Position numbers and translations under genes: made by a program
Assembly (NCBI RefSeq): GCF_963676685.1
Contig: NC_092345.1
Coordinates: 22,072,001 to 22,136,000, forward strand
Direction: 5' to 3'
DNA length: 64,000 bases
Source of the DNA: Mytilus edulis
Lineage: Eukaryota
The notes under the pieces: model-generated
The model's input: the letters and a program-made list of their open reading frames with translations, nothing else
Told to the model about the DNA's origin: nothing
Database searches by the model: none
Shown: positions 23,101 to 34,044 of the stretch, in pieces
How positions within the stretch are numbered: position 1 is the first letter of the stretch
Layout of the letters: the number at the start of each line of letters is the position of its first letter

Positions 23101-26100
23101 AGCCATAATGTTCAGCAAAGTAAGATCTACAAATAAGTCAACATGACCTAAATGGTCAATTGACCCCTTAAGGAGTTATTGCCCTTTATAGTCAATTTTT
23201 AACAATTTTCATTAATTTGGTAAATATATGTAAATTTTTACCAAATATAGTTCTCTGTTACTAATGGGCAAAGTTCATTATAGATATAATTGTAAGAAGC
23301 AAAATCGTTCAGTAAAGTAAGAACTTCAAACACATCACCATCACCAAAATACAATTTTGTCATGAATCCATTTGTGTCCTTTGTTTAATATGCACATAGA
23401 CCAAGGTGAGCGACACAGGCTCTTTAGAGCCTCTAGTTTCATTTGCGCCGATTTTATATTTGCCCCTAATTGGATTTACAGGTAAGTTAATATTCGTTCG
23501 TGTACTATACCGTTAAGGTATATTGGTAAAATCTGGTTATAAACATAGGTTTTAGTTTATTTTGATTCATATTGTTCTAATCCTAGCTGTAACACGATGT
23601 GCAAATTGCAAATTGCAACGAGCCGAGGAGTCAATTCTTTAACCTTCGACGGCTAAACATATAAGTACGTAAGCCAGACAAAGAAATTTAAAGATGGACT
23701 TCGTTATTGGCAATTACGACAAATATAGAAGTGTCGAAATCACAAGAAAGAAATATATTAGATGTGTTGCCTATAAATACTCAGCAAGAACAGATCTATG
23801 ATTTTAATGTATTCCGTTTTTATGGATTTGAATGCTGTAAATAGATTTCCAATTCGTCATTTTAGTATATATCACAGCATTTTTATCTAAGGAGTTTACT
23901 TTTTTATTTTAAAGTATGTGAATATAGTGTACAACTGGCTAACGGAAGAGTTCTATAATGTTAAATGAAAAAAAAACATGACTCGGATAGAGAGTTGTCT
24001 CATTTGCACTCATACCACATCTTCTTATGTCGATTCACCTGTAATTAACAGGTTATTTACCTGTAAAAAATCGGCGCAAATGAAAACAAAGATCGGCGCA
24101 AATGAAAAAAAAAATCGGCGCAAATGAAATGCAGATCGGCGCAAATGCAAAACGCCAGTTTTGATTGTATTTCATGCAATCCCTATCCAAAAATAATATT
24201 AAAACAAAAATATCCATTAAATATTTGTTTCTATGTATGTTGGCTTTTGCACTTCAGTGTTCCAGTTGTTCTTTTGTTTTTCTCTCATAGTTGATATGTT
24301 TCCCATGGTTTTAGTTTGTAACCCTGATTTGTTTTCTCTCAATCAATTTATGACTTTTGAACAGCTGCATAATACTGTTTCCTTTATTTCGCAAAGATCA
24401 TTTGAGATGTTGGAAAAAAAGTTGTGCCGGCAATAAGTTATTTTTCTCATTTCAAAGTGTCATATTTCTATCAGGAAAAATACATACCATACTATTTAAA
24501 TTCCTTATTAAATCTTCACTATGTGTTTTTTTCTTAGAATTTACAGTCTTTGTGTGTTTTGCATATAAGCCATCTAAATGTGTCTTTGTTTGATTAAACA
24601 TTTTTTTGGCATCCTTTGCTAATTTTTCTCTATGTTCCCTGGTTACCCTGAAATAGAAAAAGAATAAGGTAAACAATTTTGTGATAATTTTTTTTTTATA
24701 AAGAAACTGCGTTCTACTAAACATCCAAAAACCAATTTCAGAGAATTTCATAAAACTCTTATCTCTGATTGCCCATACTTGTCAACTGACCTGTATTCTG
24801 CGGGTGTGACCCGAGATTTTCACAATTCTGAGGGATCACCCGGGACACCCGCCGGGTCATTGAAATAACCCGGGAATTCCGAAAATGACCCGATTTCACC
24901 CGTATTTCTTAGCCTTGAGATTGATTTGTATAAGTAATATTCCTTTGAAATACCGGCAAATTCGTAATTCTTCCATGAACAGGCAGTTCATCTAGCTATG
25001 TAAACTGTCAAATTAAGTGACCCATTAAGTGCATGGCTTCACTTGACAGCTTTCGTGTCAAACACACTGTTAATTAACACCAATTACCTTAGCTTTAGGT
25101 CGTAAATAAATTGCACTACTGGTTTACAAACATATTTGAACTAGAGTTACTTCTCCTTATTTGTTACCATTCAAAATTATTCCTTATATTTACGTTTTAT
25201 GGGAGAAAAAGATTAAATCATAAAAATATAAAATTCAAATACATATTGACAAATAACTTTTCATTATTTTTATACCTTTATACAAATTTTTTTTAAAAGT
25301 TTTATCATAGTCTAATTTCCTTGTCAATTGATAGATGAATGTTCCTAGATGTAATACCTCTACATGGTACATAGCCAGTAGACTCATTTTAAAATTACAT
25401 TTGGAATTAAATTTTAGATGATGACAAAAAGTAAAAAACATAAGACTGTGTTACACAAATTTATAAAAATCTTTTAAAGTGCAATGAAATAATAATAAAT
25501 AAGATTTAAAATGACTTAACCAAGTGAACATGCATTGATGTTTTGGTATCTTTGATATACATTATAGGAAAATGTACCATAAATACTGAAATTCAGCTCG
25601 AAAAAGTTTGTACGCGTTATGACCTGAGATTTGATTCTTCAATGCAGGTCATGCCTGCATTTTCATCATCACAGGTTGACAGGTATGATTGCCCAATAAT
25701 GATAACATATGATATATATATGATTCACCAACTAAAAGTTAAATCTATACAGAAGAAAAGGTTACCGGGCAGATAGTGCCCTTAAAACTCCTAGATTTTA
25801 ATTAAAATATCTCTGAAAAGAAAATGAAATACTGGCAAAATTAAGACCTGAATTTCTAAAATTGTTAAATAGAAGAGTTTATCCTACCTTGGAATAGGTA
25901 CAAATATTGTTGTTTTTTCCATATATGGATTTACATTCATTCCAGTCTCTGATAAAGATTTAAGGACTTGTTTGGTGTACTGAAAGAAATATATATTTAT
26001 TTATTTCTTATAAATTAAAAAGGCCAATGTTGTAAATTGAGATTGCAAATCAAATAAATGAAAGTAATTTGTTTAAGCAGAAAAACTCATCTTTTTTAGT

Positions 26101-28960
26101 GGGTATGTTTATGAAAATTGTTATGCATTTGTTATGCATTTGTTATGCAGTCCATCTGAATTATTTTCCTTTACATACATTATTCCCTTTAAAGTTTCCT
26201 CAAGGCTCAATGCTCTTCAACTTCGTACTTTAATTGTCCTTTTTTTTTTATAACTATTTTGATTTGTGCGTCACTGGTGATTTTTTTGTAGACAAAACGT
26301 GTGTTTGGTTTTGCATATTCAATTTAATCCTGGTATCTATGCCAAGTTTATTGTACTTGTTGATAGCCAGGTTTAATAACTCGGGGTTCTTGGAACCTTA
26401 GATATTTTTTTTTTATTAATATATTCAGATGTGTCAAATTAAATGCTGTTAAGGAGGCTCAAGGGTACAAAAATTTCAGCATTTAAACATTTAAACATTT
26501 TTTTTTCATTACAAATTTTATTAATTACTTTATTAGTTGTTACTTTATCATATGGTACAAAGTCAACCCAAAAAATCAATTCGTTTTGGCCCCAGATGAC
26601 TTTAAAAATGTACATATCATTGAAAAAGCTTTAAATTATCTCCCTTTGGTGCAAAAATTTCATTTTTTGGCATTAAAATTGAAACATCTTTTTTAAGTCA
26701 TCAGTGACCTATGTTTTTTATTATTGTTTTAAAAAAAAAAATGTACTTGAATTTTAAACTATTGTAAAATTAAAGCGATTTCTGTAATTTAGTTCTTTTT
26801 TTAATTTTGATTTTGCCTCTATTTCTCCTATTACATTTGTAGTTCAACAGAAAAAAAGGACCTGAACAAAAAGGAATACTTCTTTTCGGAGGCAGATTGT
26901 GAGCTTAAATGAATGGTGACCCCATTTTTTTATTTCATTTTTCCATTTTAAAAGTATATGATAAAGTTCATTTATAGTAAAATATAGCAAATCCTATATT
27001 GAATTTTTTTTTGGATTTAGACCCTTGAGCACCCTTAAGGGTAATTTTTTGTAATTGCTATATACCTTTACAGATAAAATGAAGGATTTTTTATTCCTGA
27101 TTAAAAAAATCTGTTTAAACACTTCATTAGTATCGACATTTATTGTGGCAGTTATGTCAATAATATTATTTGAAGTATCATTTAAAAAATTAGCACACAA
27201 CATATTACAACAAACATGACAAATGTGTTACCAAACTTTTAAGAAAAAGGGACGAAAGATACAAGAGGGACAGCCAAACTCATAGGTTGAGTATAAACTG
27301 ACAATTGTTCCTGATAAACATTAAGTTTTTTCTACCTGAGGTGATGATGACATATTAACCATGATAAGTTGTGGGCTCTTCTTCTCTATCTGGGCTAATT
27401 GACTTAATTTGAATCTGCCATCATCAGTATGCACTACAACTCTTTCAAATGCTCCTAGAAATATATTTTTTGGTTAAATAATAGAGAACAATATGAATTA
27501 AACAACTTTAAATTATTCAAATCCTCACTCTGCTTAAGACACATTTTTGGTATTTTATGTACATTTTTACCAGTACATCTTTTTTTATAATAATAAGAAT
27601 ACATATTTAACATCTTTTGTCTGAAATGGTTGTGTGATTTTTGGGTGCTGACACATTGACACAATACTAAAAATGATGTTAAAGTTCAATTTTATTCTCT
27701 GTTTTTATTTATATGTGACTTTGAGAGACTGATCAGCAATCAAATCCCTGTTATTTTGCTTTTGGTGCTTTCTTTTGAGCCTAGTGGTTTTTTTTTATTC
27801 ACTATATCCATTTTTATGCATTACAAAAGATTTAAAAGCAAACCAGTCTAACCTGTGGTAGTTCTTATATTCAAAACATGAAGATAGTCATCCTTTAATT
27901 TGTCCACAACATCTTGCATACTTTGTTTCACTGAGTCTAAATCCAAAATGTCTCCAATTTCATTTTGAGTCAGTTGCGCTTTAACCACTTTAGATGATAT
28001 TTTTCCTGAAAAAAATAAGTATAAGAATATTTTTTTTCTTGGAAAGGTATTAAAGGTTTCTAGTAGATTTGTGAACTTAAGTTAATTTAGAGTACATAGT
28101 ATTTCTTCACCTTTCTAATTTATAAGTGATATCTTTTGAACTTTTAGTGTTGTTGTGGTCACATTAACATTTATACATTTTTTTTATTTTCTGTTGGATG
28201 AATTAAAGGGGCCATTTCCTAGGACAACGCTTGAGACGACGAAGACGCCAAGGATGACTTGGTATCAATATACGACAAAAAATTTTAATCGTATTAAAAC
28301 TTTATGACACAATTTGAATAAGTGATTGCAAAATTAACCTCCCACTGTCACAGAATAGAAGTTCCTTTATAATATAAGTTCCAAAAGGAAAAAACACAGG
28401 AATAAATGTTACAGTATATGTTCCTAACAGAATAAATGGTATAGAATATTTGTTCCAACAGGAATACATATTATGACAATGTTTATTACAAAAGTTTCCA
28501 TTGGAACTTCTGTTAGGTGGAACAAATATACGTTGACACCACTAGTACTGTTTTAATAAAAAAAGTCAAAATATCCTGTCACAATCAAGTATGGGCTGTT
28601 GCTTAAAGTTGGAGGTCTTACCAATGAATTTTAGTAGTTTACTGTTTAGTGTGCAATTTCACTTCAACCACATTGTTTCTACACAGAAAAGGACATACAT
28701 TTGTTTGCATTATAAAATAAATTAACACTGAAGAGGAATTTACCTTTCTTCTCCTTGCCAGCTTTCTTTGCATAACAACAAACACTCCATGTCAGAGGTA
28801 AATTGACATTAACTGGAACAATATTGTTACTATTCTTGTGGCTGCTTATCTTATCCAATATTCCAGTGTGAACTGTTACAAACTGTCTGGATTGTTGCAG
28901 TGAAAATAACAGTTCATGAATACTTCTCCGACAGCGAGTCAAGTTTCTCAGCGAGTTCAT
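20197..28960 (-). CDS. MRRF: Mitochondrial ribosome recycling factor (273 aa)
   Basis: Exons 28960-28744, 28005-27853, 27454-27336, 25979-25888, 24647-24488, 20277-20197 (822 nt, GT-AG, phases consistent). Arg-rich N-terminal presequence, YAKKAGKEKKGK, LNIRTTTGAFERVVV...LSQLAQI.KKSPQLIMVNM, GMNVNP...IFVPIPRVTREHREKLAK, C-terminal AKQKELLGE*. An acceptor just upstream of the ATG (AACAG|GACTGCAATG) implies a non-coding first exon. Confidence 0.94.
20562..24157. mobile_element. TIR element with subterminal ATTTGCGCCGAT repeats (MULE/foldback-like), interrupted by a family-A Helentron
   Basis: Termini GGCGT...ACGCC, several inverted ATTTGCGCCGAT/ATCGGCGCAAAT motifs at each end, and a GTTTTGAT direct repeat on both flanks (20554-20561, 24158-24165). 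Confidence 0.75.
20622..23438 (+). mobile_element. Helentron/HINE-like element, family A, copy 3 (5 internal ~502-bp units), last MRRF intron
   Basis: Same termini as the other copies; long (CGTC/CGT)n microsatellite at 20673-20740; units at about 20746, 21248, 21750, 22249 and 22751. Confidence 0.9.
24774..25687. mobile_element. Non-autonomous TIR element with 6-bp TSD (hAT-like)
   Basis: ATTGCC | CATACTTGTCAAC ... GTTGACAGGTATG | ATTGCC; subterminal GACCCG-type motifs. Confidence 0.75.
26453..27034. mobile_element. Kolobok-like MITE
   Basis: TTAA | GGAGGCTCAAGGGT ... ACCCTTGAGCACCC | TTAA (TIR match 12/14, purine-purine start, TTAA TSD). Confidence 0.75.
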
Positions 28961-29213
28961 TGCAGTCCTGTTTTAAGTTATAAAGAAACAATGATCAATT
29001 AAATAATTGATTTATTTTTTCCTATTCCTGCAGAAGATGGTAAACTAAACAAACACCTGAATTCAATTTGATACTGTCCCCTCACTAACACTCTTTAAAA
29101 CACATATTTTTGTACACATTTTTTTTTAGTTCACATGGCCAAAAGGCCAACTGAGTTTTTCCCATCACTTAGCCTCAGGCATGGTCCATAAGCTTGTCGT
29201 TGTCAAAAAGTAC

Positions 29214-31198
29214 AACCAGATGCTCCGCAGGGCGTAGCTTTATACGACCGCAGAGGTTGAACCCTGAACAGTTGGGGCAAGTATGGACACAACATTCAAG
29301 CTGGATTCAGCTCTAAATTTGGATTGTGATTAAATAGTTGACACAGCATAGGTTTCTGACACAGAATGAATGTGTTCTAATGAACTTAAAATTTTTGTTT
29401 TCTCTTAGAGCAATTCACTATGCTGTTGAATATTAATCCTCTCAAAAAAATGTTTGAAGAAATTTTCTTTTTTATTTATGAAATTTCAAATGAGAAAAAT
29501 TGAACCCAATTTTTTTAATCACATTCCCCTTTCCCTTATTCCAAAACTAATCTCAATTAAAATTTCTAATGGAGTTTGCAACAATAACTACTCATTTAAA
29601 TACACCATAAAATATTAAGATGTAAAAAAAACTGCTTGTTATCACTGAATGGTAAAGATTATTTTAATTTATCAGTTGGTAGTAAAAAGTGAATATACAT
29701 TGTATATTGTATATAACAAAGATTTAAGTTGATTCTGGACAAAGAAAGATAACTCCAATTAAAAAAATCTTGCTATTGCACAATATTTTGCAATTAGATA
29801 TTTCTTGCTTACTATTCTGGACAAAGAAAGATAACTCTTATTTAAAAAAAATTTGCTATTTCACAATATTGTGCAATTAGATATTTCTTGCCATTGCGCA
29901 ATACTGTGCAATTGAAAAGACTTGCTATTGCACAATACTTAATATAATAATTTTGGATCCTGATTTGGACCAACTTGAAAACTGGGCCCATAATAAAAAA
30001 TCTAAGTACATTTTTGGATTCAGCATATCAAAGAACCAAAAGATTTCTATTTTTGTTAAAATCAGACTAAGTTTAATTTTGGACCCTTTGGACTTTAGTG
30101 TAGACCAATCTGAAAACAGGACCAAAAATGAAGAATCTACATACACAGTTAGATTTGGTATATCAAAGAACCCCAATTATTCAATTTTGATGAAATCAAA
30201 CAAAGTTTAATTTTGGACCCCGATTTGGACCAACTTAAAAACTGGGCCAATAATCAAGAATCTAAGTACATTTTTAGATTCAGCATATCAAAGAACCTAA
30301 CTGATTCATTTTTTGTCAAAATCAAACTAAGTTTAATTTGGACCCTTTGGACCTTAATGTAGACCAATTTGAAAACGGGACCAAAGGTTAAGAATCTACA
30401 TACACAGTCATGACAGTTAGATTCGGCATATCAAAGAACCCCAATTATTCAATTTTGATGAAATCAAACAAAGTTTAATTTTGGACCCTTTGGGCCCCTT
30501 ATTCTGTTGGGACCAAAACTCCCAAAATCATTACCAACCTTCCTTTTATGGTCATAAACCTTGTGTTTAAATTTCATAGATTTCTATTTACTTATACTAA
30601 AGTTATGGTGCGAAAACCAAGAAAAATGCTTATTTGGGTCCCTTTTTGGCCCCTAATTCCTAAACTGTTGGGACCTAAACTCCCAAAATCAATACCAACC
30701 TTCCTTTTGTAGTCATTAACATTGTGTTTAAATTTCATTGATTTCTATTTACTTAAACTAAAGTAATTGTGCGAAAACCAAGAATAATGCTTATTTGGGC
30801 CCTTTTTTGGCCCCTAATTCCTAAACTGTTGAAACCAAAACTCCCAAAATCAATCCCAACCGTTCTTTTGTGGTCATAAACCTTGTGTCAAAATTTCATA
30901 GATTTCTATTAACTTAAACTAAAGTTATAGTGCGAAAACCAAGAAAATGCTTATTTGGGCCCTTTTTGGCCCCTAATTCCTAAAATGTTGGGACCAAAAC
31001 TCCCAAAATCGATACCAACCTTCCTTTTGTGGTCATAAACCTTGTTTTAAATTTCATAGATTTCCATTCACTTTTACTAAAGTTAGAGTGCGAAAACTAA
31101 AAGTATTCGGACGCAGGACGACGACGACGACGACGACGCAGACGCCAACGTGATAGCAATATACGACGAAAAAATTTTCAAATTTTGCGGTCGTATAA
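29214..31198 (-). mobile_element. Helentron/HINE-like element, family B, nested in a decayed family-A copy (about 29122-31340)
   Basis: On the minus strand: TTTTATACGACCGCAAAA.., (GTC)n microsatellite, internal ~160-bp and ~290-bp tandem units, 3' GCGGTCGTATAAAGCTACGCCCTGCGGAGCATCTGGTT. The flanks continue a family-A sequence (TTTTAGTTCACATGGCC..AAGGCCAACTGAG on the left; AAAATCTTCTCTGAAACTGCTG on the right). Confidence 0.85.
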
Positions 31199-31669
31199 AA
31201 ATCTTCTCTGAAACTGCTGAACCAAATTTAACCAAACTTGACCACAATCATTATTGAGGTATATAGTGTGAAATGACCAAACCTGCCAGCCAACATGGCT
31301 AATAAATGGAGTACATATATGTAATTGCCCTTTTATGACAATCTTTACCATTTTTTTATGTTTGAGACTGTTTTTAACCTTGTGTTATCTTACCCATATT
31401 TTTTGTGACCATCTCATTAGATTTAATTTCCAAAATATTTTGTGCAGTATAAACATGATAAATAAAACTTTTCCCCTGTTACAATGGTCAGCTCAACATG
31501 CATGACATGTGTTGAATTGAAGTAGTCCGAGATTACTCTGACGTCCAACGGCTGTTTTGCCAGACAAGCTGGGGCCGTGAGACGTCAGAGCTCGTCCCAT
31601 ATCAAAAAGTGGATATTTGCCCATCCAAAATAGATGCGCTGCTTCTTCGCTTCTGGTGCCGACTGACGG

Positions 31670-32263
31670 CCTTGGAATTATATAAATCGGGCATCAATCT
31701 GTTCATTTTTCATTTATCTCTTCATTTATGTAAGTTTCACTTACCTGCCAACCTTTATTTTCTCATCATTAGACAGTTTTCACAGTGACCCATCGATTTC
31801 GGCATTTTGCCTTTCATTTTCAAAGATTATCACATGAGTGACCACAAGAAAACAGTGATGATTTATGCAAATGACCATAATGTAACACCTCGTTCATTTA
31901 CGATGCAAGTTATCTAAATGTCCGAGAGCTTCCGATTGTAACGTGGTCGGAACTAAATGCTTCATACCGATCTCCTGTAAAGGAGGTGAAAAATCATGGT
32001 TTGCTACTAAATGTTAATCATCGATCTCCTACAAAGGAGGTGAAAAAATATAAATATTTGCATATTTTGATTTTCGAGACCACGAACTCTCTCGTAACTT
32101 GACGTCCATTTGAAAGTGAAAGTCAAAATGCCGAAATCGATGGGTCACTGTGAAAACTGTCTAATAATGATAAAATAAAGGTTGACAGGTAAGTGAAACT
32201 TACATAAATGAAGAGATAAATGAAAAATGAACAGATTGATGCCCTATTTATATAATTCCAAGG
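31670..32263. promoter_or_regulatory. ~155-bp inverted repeat with 284-bp spacer; candidate bidirectional promoter and mirror-image non-coding first exons of MRRF (-) and RBM18/sHSP (+)
   Basis: Arms 31670-31824 and 32109-32263 are near-identical reverse complements. Each contains an outward-facing CAG|GTAAGT donor (exon ends at 31745 on minus, 32188 on plus). The spacer holds symmetric octamers ATGCAAAT (~31865) and ATTTGCAT (~32056). The promoter function is inferred. Confidence 0.55.
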
Positions 32264-33283
32264 TCAGAGACACTGCTGACAGAGTCAGGTTTCAAATATT
32301 ATATGAAAAACTAAGGCACAAAATTATCCATTGTAGTTAAAGCGCAATAAAATGTCAGCATAAAACATTTGCCCCGTATCTTTGCACTTAGGGTTTGTTA
32401 ACCACAGCGTCTTCCAGTGCCAGTGGCAAATATTTCATGCATGTTGAGGATGAACCAATTTCTTGAATACTCTTTAAATTGATGTTTATGTTTTATCAAA
32501 TGCTGTCATAACACAGGTTCTTGTTTCTATCAAAGGGAAAGACGAATATCATAGTATAAATGGGGCTACCTGTCTTAGATAGAGTCGTTTAATTTAAGCT
32601 GTGCCTAAAATGTTGGTACGAACTTACATGTGCATGTGTATACGTCATCATTATCTGTGTAGCTTTCGGAAGCGTATTATTTTTGTTCTCGGACTTTATC
32701 TTTTTCAACAAAGCATTGCAGACAGCAACAAACAAAACTGGTAGGTTCTTCTCTTTCTAAATCGAAATGTTAAAGAAATCCATTCTATTGTTGAGTTTAT
32801 TTTAGTTTTAGTATAAGGTTATGATTTATGGTAACAAATCACAAGGAAGGGCAAATTTCAGGTCCATGAGGATTAGTCCAAATATACTGCCTTATATATT
32901 ATGAGGTCTTGAAAGGCGTCAAAGAATTTTTTTTATAATAAGTAAGGCGTCAAAGAAAAAAATTATTTTAGCCTTGCAAGACAAGGACGTATAACTAACG
33001 GATTTTATCAAGACGGTATCGGGAGTTTCCTATCCTTCTAATATACGTCCTTGTTTCAAGATGTCATAATTATTTGGACTAGCGTACGTAAGGCGTCAAA
33101 GAAAAAATTTATAAAAGCCTTTAAGAGTCATAACTATTTGGACTAGCCAAGGGTTAGCTTTGAGTTTGACCCTTGTCTTTGAATACTGTGTACATGTGAT
33201 AATTCAGTATAACACTACAACAGTTTAGCCACAATGTTAAATGGATAGACTGCTTTTGCAATTCTGTCAATAACTCTGGTTTA

Positions 33284-34044
33284 ACAGTCAAGGGTCTAAC
33301 TTAAATAAGTTATTAGAGAAAAATAACATACATGTTGTTATTGTGAGCTGAAATATCAAAAAACTGTAATAACATATGTATGTTACATGTTTCAAAGGGA
33401 AAATATAAAACCTTTATTTTGTTAAATTTTTCTCAAGTTCTATTGATATTATAATTTTCTTTATGTATACTAATCTTTGCAAATATATAACAGCTCATAG
33501 CTTACCAATCATGCATAATACACCTATGTTATTACAGAAAATACATTCCTGCAATAACCAATGGGTGTTATTGCAGCTTCTCTATATCTTTTTAAAGGCT
33601 TTGCTCTGACTTGCATAAGAATGTATTTCAATTCATTGTAAGAAATGATGATCAGAGCTTGTAATGAGGCACTGTGCAAGATTCCAAGTGTCTCATTTAC
33701 TCTGATATAGTAAATTACATGCTTGTAATAACATAAGCCTTGTTATTACAGCTTAGTTTGCCCTTAAAAGCCTTGTCTCATTGATTTACCATGGTTAATC
33801 ATAATTGTATTAATGGAATAAGAAAATTAGTTATCAAGGTAATTTATTAAGCTACTGCGCAAAAGTTTTTAAGAATTCCCAAGTGCCCATTAAAGATAAA
33901 ACATTTTTGATATATTTCACTGATAACCAACATATGTTATTACAGATTCAGGAAAAAAGAGAAGACAACTCATGAAAGTGTCTGTAATAACAACATGCAT
34001 GTTATTTTTCCCTGATAACTTATTTAAGTTAGACCCTTGACTGT
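33284..34044. mobile_element. MITE with ~60-bp TIRs (PIF/Harbinger-like if the TSD is TTA)
   Basis: ACAGTCAAGGGTCTAACTTAAATAAGTTAT... / ...ATAACTTATTTAAGTTAGACCCTTGACTGT flanked by TTA on both sides; internal TGTTATTACAG/CTGTAATAACA motifs. Confidence 0.8.
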
